From Bacteroidetes bacterium UBA6661 (lineage in GTDB: Bacteria > Bacteroidota > Bacteroidia > AKYH767-A > OLB10): a stretch of DNA of 64,000 nt. The stretch lies in the NCBI GenBank assembly GCA_002455375.1, contig DKKR01000071.1:15632-79631 (forward strand), given 5' to 3'. Within the stretch, counting starts at the first letter, position 1; every line of letters starts with the position of its first letter. Shown here piece by piece: positions 47,788 to 57,501 of the stretch. The notes under the pieces are model-generated. The model made no database searches, was not told where the DNA came from, and saw only the letters and a program-made list of their open reading frames with translations. A program made the translations under genes and the position numbers.

Positions 47788-48039
47788 ATGTGGCAGGAAG
47801 TAAATAATTCGTTAGAACGAAGTTTTGTTTTTCATGATTTTAAACAGGCATTTGCATTTATGACACAGGTAGCTTTTATAGCTGAAAAAATGAATCATCA
47901 TCCCTACTGGTGTAATGTTTATAATAAAGTCACCATTAAGTTAAACACACACGAAGCAGGAAGTGTGGTTACTGAAAAAGATCATAAACTTGCAGCAGCA
48001 ATTGATGTTGTGTTCAATCAAATAAATCAAAAAGTATGA
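47788..48039 (+). CDS. phhB: 4a-hydroxytetrahydrobiopterin dehydratase
   Basis: The listed start is TTG; I prefer the ATG at 47788. FKQAFAFMTQVAFIAEKMNHHPYWCNVYNKVTIKLNTH is the PCD signature. Confidence 0.8.
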   Translation: MWQEVNNSLERSFVFHDFKQAFAFMTQVAFIAEKMNHHPYWCNVYNKVTIKLNTHEAGSVVTEKDHKLAAAIDVVFNQINQKV

Positions 48040-48410
48040 GCCGATTAAAAAAGTTTTTTATTTGGGTAGTTGTTCTTGCCATAATTGGAACAGCATTATA
48101 TTTTCTTGCCGGAAGTTATACCTATTCCGAAGGAACACAAACGGGCTACTTGGTAAAATTTTCCCGTCAAGGATATGTGTTTAAAACTTATGAAGGTGAG
48201 CTAAATCTTGGTGGCATGAATGCTGAAAGCAATTCTGTTGTAAATAACCTCTGGCATTTTTCTGTTGATGAAGATGATAAGGCTGCTATTGACAGTCTTC
48301 GTGTCAGCGAAGGACGTGTGATTAAAGTTTTTTACCGTGAAATTGTACACAACTATGCCTGGCAAGGCGAAACCCCGTTTTTTGTTTACAAAGTAGAAAA
48401 AGTAAAGTAG
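48036..48410 (+). CDS. hypothetical membrane-anchored protein (124 aa)
   Basis: ATGA overlap with the upstream stop. An N-terminal TM helix (FFIWVVVLAIIGTALYFLA) followed by a beta-rich domain. Confidence 0.55.
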   Translation: MSRLKKFFIWVVVLAIIGTALYFLAGSYTYSEGTQTGYLVKFSRQGYVFKTYEGELNLGGMNAESNSVVNNLWHFSVDEDDKAAIDSLRVSEGRVIKVFYREIVHNYAWQGETPFFVYKVEKVK

Positions 48411-48414
48411 GCTT

Positions 48415-48984
48415 TTATCCTAAACGATGTCTGATAATGGAATCAATTTTTGCCATTAATTGCGAAGGTCTGTAGGTACGCCAGTTCAGATTATCAAGTT
48501 CACCACCAAACAATAAATAGTAGTCAATATTGGCACGTTGCATTTCAGACAAAACATGATCTCTGAAATTGATAGCAGCAATCCATCCCGTTTCATTTAC
48601 TTCTTCAAACCATTCCTGATAGTAACAATCGTCTGAGTTGTGAAAATTGAGTACGTTTTCGCCAATAAGTATAAAGCGGCTTATGCCATGCTCCATCAGA
48701 TTTTCTATCACATCTCTTTTTAATGTCATAATATCATTATTGATGGCATCATTCCATTCGCCCATCAGTTCAATGATGGCAAATGACTTTTCATAGTCGC
48801 AATAAATTATTTTTATGTAAAGTGTGGGCGAACCAAAATCGTCCCATTGCGGATGAATAAAGTAGTTGTAAATGGTGTTGCTGTATTCAAACTCACTGTA
48901 AACCCTTCCATAAAAAGGACTCAACTCATCTTCTGCCGATGAGTATAAATCTACCCAGTTATAAAAAGGCTGTATGTCCTGCAT
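48415..48984 (-). CDS. hypothetical cytoplasmic protein (189 aa)
   Basis: Long ORF with an acidic, aromatic-rich composition. IIELMGEWNDAINNDIMTLKRDVIENLMEHGISRFILIGENVLNF is loosely reminiscent of a STAS-like fold. No firm family assignment. Confidence 0.6.
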   Translation of the reverse strand: MQDIQPFYNWVDLYSSAEDELSPFYGRVYSEFEYSNTIYNYFIHPQWDDFGSPTLYIKIIYCDYEKSFAIIELMGEWNDAINNDIMTLKRDVIENLMEHGISRFILIGENVLNFHNSDDCYYQEWFEEVNETGWIAAINFRDHVLSEMQRANIDYYLLFGGELDNLNWRTYRPSQLMAKIDSIIRHRLG

Positions 48985-49036
48985 TGTTTTATTAGAAAAT
49001 GCAAAATTACAACAGACAATTTCAAACTACAACAGT

Positions 49037-49861
49037 TTATGCTTTTTGATTTTTTATTGCTGCCCGCACGCTACCATATTTTTTCAGTAACAGGGCTGCT
49101 TTTTTTTCGGGAACTTTTAGCTCATCCATTATCATTCTAGTGCCGCGACTGACTAATTTATTGTTGGTAAGCTGCATGTCAACCATTTTATTGCCTTTAA
49201 CACGACCAAGTTTTATCATCACTGCCGTGCTAATCATATTCAGGACTAACTTTTGCGCAGTACCTGCTTTCATACGTGTGCTGCCGGTTACAAATTCCGG
49301 TCCTGTAATAATTTCAATCGGATAATCGGCTTGCTTCGCAACCGGTGAAGCACTGTTACATACGATACATCCGGTAGTGATTTTTTTCTTGCGGCATTGT
49401 TCCAATGCCCCTACAACATAGGGTGTAGTTCCTGAAGCTGCAATGCCTATTACAACATCTTTTTTATTTATTTTAAATTTTTTCAAATCATTCCATCCAC
49501 CTGAATAATCATCTTCGGCAAACTCAACAGCTTTACGAATAGCAGCATCTCCACCGGCAATGAGTCCAATTACTTTTCCATGTTCAATACCATAAGTTGG
49601 CGGACATTCCGATGCATCCACAATACCTAACCTTCCGCTGGTGCCTGCACCAATATAAAATAAACGTCCACCTTTTTTCATCCGTGTAGTAATCACTTTC
49701 ACCAACTTTTCTATTGCACCAATATTTTTTTTTATCTGTCGCGGTACAGTATGGTCTTCCTTATTAATGTTATTCAGCAATTGTTGTATGCTCATCTTCT
49801 CCAGATGATTGTAGTGCGAAGTTTTTTCAGTAGTTCGCAGGCTTTCGGATTTTTTATTCAT
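49037..49861 (-). CDS. murQ: N-acetylmuramic acid 6-phosphate etherase
   Basis: SIS-domain motifs GRLFYIGAGTSGRLG and VIGIAASGTTPYV. Typical MurQ N-terminus (TEKTSHYNHLEKMSIQQLL). 274 aa. Confidence 0.8.
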   Translation of the reverse strand: MNKKSESLRTTEKTSHYNHLEKMSIQQLLNNINKEDHTVPRQIKKNIGAIEKLVKVITTRMKKGGRLFYIGAGTSGRLGIVDASECPPTYGIEHGKVIGLIAGGDAAIRKAVEFAEDDYSGGWNDLKKFKINKKDVVIGIAASGTTPYVVGALEQCRKKKITTGCIVCNSASPVAKQADYPIEIITGPEFVTGSTRMKAGTAQKLVLNMISTAVMIKLGRVKGNKMVDMQLTNNKLVSRGTRMIMDELKVPEKKAALLLKKYGSVRAAIKNQKA

Positions 49862-50696
49862 GAAAAACGGATTGTCGGTTGTGTTTTAGTTCATATACAT
49901 GCTCCTTGATTTTTTCAGCAGTTTTTCCATCATCAGTTCCAGAAAGGTCTTGTGGAAGAATAGGTTTGCCGAAGGTGATAGAGATAGTTCTGCCGCGTTG
50001 AAAATACATTTCATCCATCAGGTAAAGCATTTCAATATTTGCTGCAATGCCTATGCGTTTACGAAAGTTGGCTAAGTTATAAAACCAGTTTGAGTTTCGC
50101 CCATCAATATAAACCGGTACAATAGGGCTGTTGTATTTTTTTGCTTTCACCACAAAGCTTTTTTTCCATTGCAGGTCTTTTATTTCTTTTCCTTGCTTGC
50201 GCGATACCAATCCGGCAGGAAAAATCAAAGTTGCCATTTCAGAAGCATACAATGCATCAATGTCTGCAATTGACTGCGAACTGTTTTTTCCATGTTTGTT
50301 GACGCCAATAAATAAATCTTTAAGATTGTTTAGTTGCAGCAAAATATCGTTGACAATAAATTTCAGGTCGCGTCTGTAATGTCCCAGTGCCTGCATCAAT
50401 GCCATGGCATCAAGTCCGCCAATGGGATGATTGGATGCATAGACACAGCGACCGGTTTTTATAATATTCTCTTGTCCATAAACTTCAACTTTTACTCTGA
50501 AATTTTCAATAATAGCATCTACAAATTCAAACGATGTTTTGTGCCCATGCTCATCAATAAATGCATTCACTTCGGTTTCGTGCACTATCCGTTTGATGTA
50601 GCTAACGATAAACCCCGGCAGCAGGCGATAAAGTTGCGGATTCTTACTTCGGATTACCTCACTGACATCAATAAACTTCTTTTTCTGCTCAGTCAT
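49854..50696 (-). CDS. lysophospholipid (PlsC-like) acyltransferase family protein
   Basis: Acyltransferase-type motif SNHPIGGLDAMAL and a downstream FPAGLVSR motif. 8-nt overlap with murQ. Confidence 0.6.
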   Translation of the reverse strand: MTEQKKKFIDVSEVIRSKNPQLYRLLPGFIVSYIKRIVHETEVNAFIDEHGHKTSFEFVDAIIENFRVKVEVYGQENIIKTGRCVYASNHPIGGLDAMALMQALGHYRRDLKFIVNDILLQLNNLKDLFIGVNKHGKNSSQSIADIDALYASEMATLIFPAGLVSRKQGKEIKDLQWKKSFVVKAKKYNSPIVPVYIDGRNSNWFYNLANFRKRIGIAANIEMLYLMDEMYFQRGRTISITFGKPILPQDLSGTDDGKTAEKIKEHVYELKHNRQSVFHE

Positions 50697-50794
50697 AAAT
50701 TCTCCCTCTGTCGTATAGCATCTTTTATGGGTACAATATTAAGCAGAACTTAAAAACTGCCTTAGTCTATAAAATCCCAAATAAAAATGTTCCG

Positions 50795-50860
50795 GTGGGA
50801 GGAAAATAGCTGAAAAAAGAAAGTTTTCAACAAAAATGGAAAAAAGTGGGGATAGGTGGG
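50795..50860 (+). promoter_or_regulatory. three GTGGG direct repeats upstream of mraZ (candidate MraZ operator boxes)
   Basis: GTGGGA at 50795, GTGGGG at 50846, GTGGGA at 50856. The last two are spaced exactly 10 bp apart and sit 50-64 nt upstream of the mraZ ATG. MraZ in other bacteria binds phased (G)TGGG-type repeats in its own promoter. Confidence 0.4.
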
Positions 50861-50909
50861 AGATTTATTTTTACATTCGCACAAGAATTTTTTAGCACAC
50901 CATTTAATA

Positions 50910-51377
50910 ATGATTAATCTGTTTGGAGTTTACGAGAGCACTGTTGATGCGAAAGGTCGTGTCATGTTGCCTTCGCCATACAGAAAAACATTAGAGAAAG
51001 TTTTAGAAGAAGGTTTTATCATCAAGCAGAATGTATTCAGAAAATCACTGGAGTTTTTTCCGCTTCAGACATGGAATGAAATTTCACAGCATGTAGGCAA
51101 GCTGAATACTTTTTTGAAAGCCAATCAGGAATTGATTACGCTGTTTTATTATGGTGTGCGGAGTGTAGAGTTAGATAACAACGGAAGATTTTTGATTGTA
51201 AAAGATCACCTGACTTATGCAGGAATTAAAAAAGACATTGTGCTGAGTGGAGCAAATGACAGAATTGAGATTTGGGATAAGCGAGCTTATCATAAATATA
51301 TTAAAGATAACAGCGACAATTTAGAGCGGTTGATGGAAGAGCGGCTTGGCGGCAAATTGCCTGAAAATGGACAGTAA
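50910..51377 (+). CDS. mraZ: transcriptional regulator MraZ
   Basis: The listed GTG at 50856 lies inside the repeat boxes; I prefer the ATG at 50910 (MINLFGVYESTVDAKGRVMLP). Two SpoVT/AbrB-like halves (DAKGRVMLP and DNNGRFLI). Confidence 0.85.
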   Translation: MINLFGVYESTVDAKGRVMLPSPYRKTLEKVLEEGFIIKQNVFRKSLEFFPLQTWNEISQHVGKLNTFLKANQELITLFYYGVRSVELDNNGRFLIVKDHLTYAGIKKDIVLSGANDRIEIWDKRAYHKYIKDNSDNLERLMEERLGGKLPENGQ

Positions 51378-52281
51378 GGCATATCACATTCCGGTTATGT
51401 TGCCGGAATGTATTGAAGGGTTGAAGATTAAAGCAGATGGAATTTATGTTGATGTTACGTACGGGGGCGGGGGGCATTCAAAGGCAATAGCCTCTTTATT
51501 GACAACAGGAAAAGTGATTGCATTCGACAGGGATGCCGATGCAGTAAAAAATAGTTTAACCACCAATAAAAATCTGATTGTGATTCACAGCAGTTTTTCA
51601 AATATAACCACCGAGCTGAATAGCATAGGCATAACTTCTGTAGATGGTGTGCTTGCCGACCTTGGTGTGTCATCACATCAGTTTGATGAACCGCAGCGTG
51701 GTTTTGCTTTTCGTTTTGACAGTGCTCTTGATATGCGCATGGATGTACGTCAGCAAATAACAGCCGCAACAATCCTGAATACTTATTCTACAAAAGAATT
51801 GCAGAAGATGTTTTCACTTTATGGTGAGGTGCGCAATGCAGCTACTGTAGCCCGTCAGATAGTTTCCTTCCGTCAGCATGCCACATTAGCAACTACTGCC
51901 GATCTGAAAAAATGTGTTTCACACTTAGTGCCCAAGAGTGATGAGAATGGTTTTTATGCTCGATTGTTTCAGGCACTGCGAATTGAAGTTAATCAGGAAT
52001 TGAAAGAGTTGGAATTGTTGCTGCAACAACTGCCGAATTTAATAAAAGCAGAAGGACGTTTATGTGTGATGAGCTATCATTCTCTTGAAGACAGATTGGT
52101 TAAAAATTTTATCGCGTCAGGAAATGTGCAAGGTGTAGTAGAGCAAGATGTGTTTGGCAACATTACTTCAAAAACATTTACTGCAATAAATAAAAAGCCA
52201 ATTGAAGCTAAAGAAGAAGAAAAAATCAATAATCCGCGTTCAAGAAGTGCACGATTAAGAGTTGCTGAAAAAATAAAGTAA
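51367..52281 (+). CDS. rsmH: 16S rRNA (cytosine1402-N4)-methyltransferase
   Basis: I prefer the ATG at 51367 (MDSKAYHIPVML). Motifs DVTYGGGGHS, DLGVSSHQFD, SYHSLEDRLVK, NPRSRSARLR. Confidence 0.9.
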   Translation: MDSKAYHIPVMLPECIEGLKIKADGIYVDVTYGGGGHSKAIASLLTTGKVIAFDRDADAVKNSLTTNKNLIVIHSSFSNITTELNSIGITSVDGVLADLGVSSHQFDEPQRGFAFRFDSALDMRMDVRQQITAATILNTYSTKELQKMFSLYGEVRNAATVARQIVSFRQHATLATTADLKKCVSHLVPKSDENGFYARLFQALRIEVNQELKELELLLQQLPNLIKAEGRLCVMSYHSLEDRLVKNFIASGNVQGVVEQDVFGNITSKTFTAINKKPIEAKEEEKINNPRSRSARLRVAEKIK

Positions 52282-52282
52282 C

Positions 52283-52672
52283 ATGAACACCATAAGAAAT
52301 ACAGAGGAAAAGAAGGAAAAAGAAAAGCCGAACGGCAGCAAAATTAAGACTGCCCGTAAATTCCTTTCTATGCTTAATGTTATTGGGCTGATTGATAAAA
52401 GGATGTTACTGCGCATGCTCCCATTTGCTTTTTTCTTAATGGGACTTGCATTGGTTTATATAGCAAATAGCTACGTTGCAGAAAAGACAATTCGTGAGAT
52501 TGACCGCACATCACGTGATATTAAAGAGCTGCGATCAGAATATATTTCTGTAAAGTCGGAGTTGATGTTTAAAAGCCGTCAGTCGCAAGTAGCAAAAGAA
52601 GTGCTTCCTATGGGCATTAAGCAACTGACAGTGCCGCCTAAGAAAATCGTACTTAAAACAGCAAAAGACTAA
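52283..52672 (+). CDS. ftsL: cell division protein FtsL-like
   Basis: 129 aa. Basic N-terminus, a single TM helix (LPFAFFLMGLALVYIA) and a coiled-coil-like segment. Canonical position between rsmH and ftsI. Confidence 0.6.
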   Translation: MNTIRNTEEKKEKEKPNGSKIKTARKFLSMLNVIGLIDKRMLLRMLPFAFFLMGLALVYIANSYVAEKTIREIDRTSRDIKELRSEYISVKSELMFKSRQSQVAKEVLPMGIKQLTVPPKKIVLKTAKD

Positions 52673-52678
52673 GAGCGT

Positions 52679-54778
52679 ATGGCAGATATTAAAAAGGATA
52701 TTTTACTGAGAGTATATTTTGTTTATGCCTTGATTTTTCTTTTTGCTATGGCCATTATGGGTCGTGTTTTTCAGTTACAGTATGTCGAAGGTGATTATTG
52801 GAAACAACGCTCCGACAGTCTGACATTAGCCTATAAAACCATTGAGCCATCAAGAGGAAATATTTTTAGTGCCGATGGAAGTCTGTTAGCCACATCAGTG
52901 CCTTTGTATGATTTGCGCATGGATATGAAGGCAGAAAGTATTACTGATAAAATATTTAATGCAGGTATTGACTCTCTTGCCTTGAATCTTGCTGCATTGT
53001 TTCAGGATAAAACAAAAGATCAGTACAAGAGAATGCTTCGTGAAGGCAGACGTGATGGTGAACGCTATTTACTTATAAAGCGTAATGTAAGCTATGCAGA
53101 ACTGAAGAAAGTAAAAACGTTTCCAATTTTTAATAAAGGCCGTTATAAAGGCGGACTCATTGTAGAACAAAAAAATATGCGTCAGAAACCATTCAAGGAA
53201 CTTGCTTCCAGAACAATTGGTTTTAAAATTGGCAATGTTCAACCTGTTGGTCTTGAAGGTGCATTCGACCATAGTCTTAGAGGAGAAAGTGGCAAGCGAC
53301 TGATGCAAAAAATATCAGGTAACATTTGGAAGCCACTCAATGCAGAAGACGAAGTTGAAGCAAAAGATGGTTGTGATATTTATACTTCAATTGATCTGAA
53401 CATACAGGATGTTGCACAACAGTCACTTTATAATCAATTGGTAAAAAACGATGCTGATGCAGGATGTGCTATACTGATGGAAGTTGCTACCGGTGAAATT
53501 AAAGCAATTGTAAATCTGAAAAGAGCTGACTCCGGTTATTATCGCGAAGATTATAATTATGCTATTGGCTATGCTTCAGAACCGGGCTCTACTTTTAAAT
53601 TGGTGAGTATGATGGCCGGAATAGAAGACGGCTATATTGACCTTGAAGATACAGTGGATGCAACTAATGGAAGAACCAGTTACGCACCCGGTTTAATTAT
53701 GCGCGACTCACATGAAGGATTAAATAAGATAACTGCAAAACATGCATTTGAAGAATCATCTAATGTGGGTGTTTCTAAGTTGATTCAGAAATATTATCGG
53801 AAAAATCAACAGGCATTTATTGACCGTGTACATAAAATGCATTTTGGTGATAAACTCAATATCCAGATTGCAGGAGAAGCTACACCGTTTATTAAGTCAA
53901 CTACAAGTAAAGAATGGAGCAAAATCTCATTGCCTTATATGTCTATTGGCTATGAAACGATGGTAACTCCATTGCATACACTTACTTTTTATAATGCTGT
54001 TGCCAACAATGGCACAATGGTAAAGCCACTTTTTGTAAAAGAAATTCGCTACCGCGGACATACTGTTAAAGAATACAAACCACAAGTTGTTGCTGATTCT
54101 ATTTGCTCAAAATCAACGATTGCTAAAGCAAGGGAACTCCTTGAAGGGGTAGTACAAAATGGTACCGGATGTAAATTGAAAGACTGCGTATATGCCGTTG
54201 CCGGTAAAACAGGTACAGCGCAGATGGCAAATAATAAAGGTGGTTATAAGGGTAGTAAGATTAGATATCAGGCATCTTTCTGTGGTTATTTTCCTGCTGA
54301 CAAGCCTGCATATTCATGCATTGTAGTAGTGTATAATCCTTCGACTGCAGGTTATTATGGCGGTGAAGTAGCATTGCCTGTATTCAAAGATATTGCAGAT
54401 AAAGTTTATGCAACCAATCTCGATATGCACAAAGGACTTGATGTACAAATGGCAGCATTACCAAAGATAAAAACAGGTCTTACTAAGGCAACAATTGCAG
54501 CGTGTAGCAATGTTGGTGTTGATGTAAAAACAGTGGGTACAGCATCAAAATGGTCGTCAGTTGATAAGAGAGAATCTGTTGCAGCATTGAAGCCAGTAAG
54601 CCTAAAAGACAATACGGTTCCAAATGTTGAAGGTATGGGTTTACGCGATGCAATATATATGCTTGAAACAAATGGTTTGCAGGTTAAGGTAGTTGGACGA
54701 GGTGCTGTGGTGAAGCAATCATTACAGGCAGGAACAAGAATTTATAAAGGTCAGGTAATAACTATAGAATTAAGTTGA
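52679..54778 (+). CDS. ftsI: peptidoglycan D,D-transpeptidase FtsI (class B PBP) with C-terminal PASTA domain
   Basis: N-terminal TM helix. Motifs STFK, SSN and KTGTA. The last ~65 aa (VPNVEGMGLRDAIYMLETNGLQVKVVGRGAVVKQSLQAGTRIYKGQVITIEL) fit a PASTA domain. Confidence 0.85.
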   Translation: MADIKKDILLRVYFVYALIFLFAMAIMGRVFQLQYVEGDYWKQRSDSLTLAYKTIEPSRGNIFSADGSLLATSVPLYDLRMDMKAESITDKIFNAGIDSLALNLAALFQDKTKDQYKRMLREGRRDGERYLLIKRNVSYAELKKVKTFPIFNKGRYKGGLIVEQKNMRQKPFKELASRTIGFKIGNVQPVGLEGAFDHSLRGESGKRLMQKISGNIWKPLNAEDEVEAKDGCDIYTSIDLNIQDVAQQSLYNQLVKNDADAGCAILMEVATGEIKAIVNLKRADSGYYREDYNYAIGYASEPGSTFKLVSMMAGIEDGYIDLEDTVDATNGRTSYAPGLIMRDSHEGLNKITAKHAFEESSNVGVSKLIQKYYRKNQQAFIDRVHKMHFGDKLNIQIAGEATPFIKSTTSKEWSKISLPYMSIGYETMVTPLHTLTFYNAVANNGTMVKPLFVKEIRYRGHTVKEYKPQVVADSICSKSTIAKARELLEGVVQNGTGCKLKDCVYAVAGKTGTAQMANNKGGYKGSKIRYQASFCGYFPADKPAYSCIVVVYNPSTAGYYGGEVALPVFKDIADKVYATNLDMHKGLDVQMAALPKIKTGLTKATIAACSNVGVDVKTVGTASKWSSVDKRESVAALKPVSLKDNTVPNVEGMGLRDAIYMLETNGLQVKVVGRGAVVKQSLQAGTRIYKGQVITIELS

Positions 54779-56241
54779 TGCAGTTACTGAAAGAAGTTTT
54801 ATACAAAGCGGGTACGGAGGAAGTCATTGGTAATACCAATGTAGCTGTTTATGGTATAAGCATTAACTCGCGCGAAGTTAAGCCCGGGGAAATGTATGTT
54901 GCACTTCGTGGGACCAATGTTGATGGACATGCTTTTATTCTCGATGCAATTGAAAAAGGCGCAACTTCAGTTTTATGTGAAGTGATGCCCGACCTCATTC
55001 AGGCAGGTATCAATTATATAAAAGTAAAAAATACCTATCTGGCGCTTTCCGAAGTATGTGCAAACTTTTATCATCACCCTTCTTCTTCACTCAAATTAGT
55101 TGGGATTACCGGAACCAATGGTAAAACAACTACTGCAACGTTACTCTATAAATTATTCCGCCAACTGAATATTCGTTGCGGATTAATTTCTACGGTAGAA
55201 AACAGAGTTAACGATAGTGTTATTCCTGCAACACATACAACACCCGATCCGATAAAACTCAATCAGCTTTTAAGCATGATGGTGCTGGAAGAATGTGAGT
55301 ATTGTTTTATGGAAGTAAGCTCACATGCTGTGGTTCAAAACAGAATAGGAGGATTGGAATTTGCCGGTGGTGTTTTTACCAACATTACGCATGATCATCT
55401 TGACTATCATAAAACATTTGATGAGTACCTGAAAGCAAAAAAGAAATTTTTTGACGGTCTTCCCGAGAGTGCATTCGCATTAACAAATACCGATGACAAA
55501 AACGGTACAATGATGGTTCAGAATACACATGCTGCCAAAAAAACTTATGGTCTGCATGGTATTGCTGATTTCAGATGCAGAATAATTGAAAATAATTTTA
55601 GTGGTCTGTTACTTCAGATTGATAACACAGAAGTGTTATGTAAACTTATTGGTGCTTTCAATGCCTATAATCTTTTGGCAATTTATGCAACGGCTGTTTC
55701 ATTGGGGTTGGATAAGCAACGTGTCCTTACTGCATTGAGTATGCTTGAATCTGTCAATGGCAGATTCGATTATGTTGTTTCCGGTTCAGGAATTACAGGC
55801 ATTGTTGATTATGCACATACACCCGATGCATTAAATAATGTGCTTTCAACTATCAACGAAATCAGAACAAGAAATGAGAAAGTGATTACAGTAGTAGGTT
55901 GTGGCGGAAATCGTGATACAACAAAACGCCCGGTTATGGCACACATTGCTTGCGAGATGAGTGATAAAGTTATTCTTACTTCTGACAATCCACGTAACGA
56001 AGACCCACAAACTATTATTGAACAAATGCGTGCCGGTGTACCTGCACATTTATCTGCTAAGGTGATGGCAATAACCGATCGCAATGAAGCCATTCGTGTG
56101 GCATGCAACCTCGCTGCAGCCGGAGATATTATCCTCATTGCAGGTAAAGGACATGAAACCTATCAGGAAATCAAAGGAGTAAAACATCCTTTTGACGATA
56201 AAAAAATATTACAGGAAAACTTTAATAACCTACACGCCTGA
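54778..56241 (+). CDS. murE: UDP-N-acetylmuramoyl-L-alanyl-D-glutamate--2,6-diaminopimelate ligase
   Basis: ATG at 54778 overlaps the ftsI stop (TGATG). [12 protein letters not shown]-loop. The DNPR motif ([11 protein letters not shown]) indicates meso-DAP specificity. Confidence 0.9.
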   Translation: MQLLKEVLYKAGTEEVIGNTNVAVYGISINSREVKPGEMYVALRGTNVDGHAFILDAIEKGATSVLCEVMPDLIQAGINYIKVKNTYLALSEVCANFYHHPSSSLKLVGITGTNGKTTTATLLYKLFRQLNIRCGLISTVENRVNDSVIPATHTTPDPIKLNQLLSMMVLEECEYCFMEVSSHAVVQNRIGGLEFAGGVFTNITHDHLDYHKTFDEYLKAKKKFFDGLPESAFALTNTDDKNGTMMVQNTHAAKKTYGLHGIADFRCRIIENNFSGLLLQIDNTEVLCKLIGAFNAYNLLAIYATAVSLGLDKQRVLTALSMLESVNGRFDYVVSGSGITGIVDYAHTPDALNNVLSTINEIRTRNEKVITVVGCGGNRDTTKRPVMAHIACEMSDKVILTSDNPRNEDPQTIIEQMRAGVPAHLSAKVMAITDRNEAIRVACNLAAAGDIILIAGKGHETYQEIKGVKHPFDDKKILQENFNNLHA

Positions 56242-57497
56242 TGCTATACTACTTATTTGAATATTTAGATCAAAGTACAGATTTGCCCGGAATGGGAGTG
56301 TTTAAATACATCTCCTTCAGAGCAGCATTAGCAATTATATTTTCATTGTTGTTTTCTTTTATTCTCGGACGGACAATAATTGCCTATCTCCATAAAAAGC
56401 AAGTTGGAGAAACCATTCGTGATCTAGGCCTTGACGGACAAGTGCAAAAACAAGGCACGCCAACAATGGGTGGTCTGATTATTCTTTCAGCTATTCTTAT
56501 TCCTACAATTTTATTTGCGAAGCTGCTTAATGTTTACATCATTCTGATGTTGATTTCAACAGTATGGCTGGGTGCAATAGGTTTCCTTGACGACTATATT
56601 AAAGTATTTAAGAAAGATAAAAAGGGTCTTGCCGGAAAATTTAAAGTTCTCGGGCAAATAGGACTTGGTCTCATCGTTGGCAGTGTTTTGTATTTTAATG
56701 AGCATGTAGTTGTTCGCGAAAAAGCAATTCGCTCTGCAGTTACCTGGCATCACGATAATACATTGGTTGATGATCTTCAAAGTCAGGAAGGAGTATTGTT
56801 TTCAACTACCAATATCAAATCAACAAAAACCACTATTCCTTTTTTCAAGAATAATGAATTTGATTATGCAACATTGTTGGGATGGTTGGGAGATGGATAT
56901 AAAAATCTTGCATGGCTTATTTTTATTCCTGTTGTAATTATAATTGTTACTGCAGTTTCTAATGGTGCAAACATTACAGATGGTATTGACGGACTTGCTG
57001 CCGGAAGTTCAGGTATTATAGGTTTAGCGCTCGCAGTTTTTGCCTACGTTTCGGGTAATACAGTTTTCGCCAACTACCTAAATATTATGTACATTCCAAA
57101 TGCAGGTGAGTTGCTTGTTTTTATGTCGGCATTCATAGGTGCATGTATTGGATTTTTATGGTTCAACGCCTATCCTGCACAGGTGTTTATGGGCGACACC
57201 GGAAGCCTTGCCTTAGGTGGCATTATTGCAGTGTTTGCTATTGCTATCAGAAAAGAATTGATGATTCCTGTTATCTGCGGAATTTTTCTCATTGAGAATC
57301 TTTCTGTAATGATGCAGGTAAGTTATTTTAAATACACTAAGAAAAAATTTGGTGAGGGGAGACGAATTTTTAAAATGTCGCCATTACATCACCATTATCA
57401 GAAACTTGGGTATCATGAATCAAAGATTGTAACCCGATTCTGGATTGTTGGAATCATGCTTGCCGTATTAAGTCTGGTAACATTAAAACTTCGATAA
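56241..57497 (+). CDS. mraY: phospho-N-acetylmuramoyl-pentapeptide transferase
   Basis: TGATG overlap with murE. Motifs [47 protein letters not shown]. Confidence 0.9.
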   Translation: MLYYLFEYLDQSTDLPGMGVFKYISFRAALAIIFSLLFSFILGRTIIAYLHKKQVGETIRDLGLDGQVQKQGTPTMGGLIILSAILIPTILFAKLLNVYIILMLISTVWLGAIGFLDDYIKVFKKDKKGLAGKFKVLGQIGLGLIVGSVLYFNEHVVVREKAIRSAVTWHHDNTLVDDLQSQEGVLFSTTNIKSTKTTIPFFKNNEFDYATLLGWLGDGYKNLAWLIFIPVVIIIVTAVSNGANITDGIDGLAAGSSGIIGLALAVFAYVSGNTVFANYLNIMYIPNAGELLVFMSAFIGACIGFLWFNAYPAQVFMGDTGSLALGGIIAVFAIAIRKELMIPVICGIFLIENLSVMMQVSYFKYTKKKFGEGRRIFKMSPLHHHYQKLGYHESKIVTRFWIVGIMLAVLSLVTLKLR

Positions 57498-57501
57498 GTA
57501 A

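Noticed and set aside
50334-50753. 139-aa + strand ORF
   Set aside because: It is antisense to the acyltransferase gene and has no recognisable motif.
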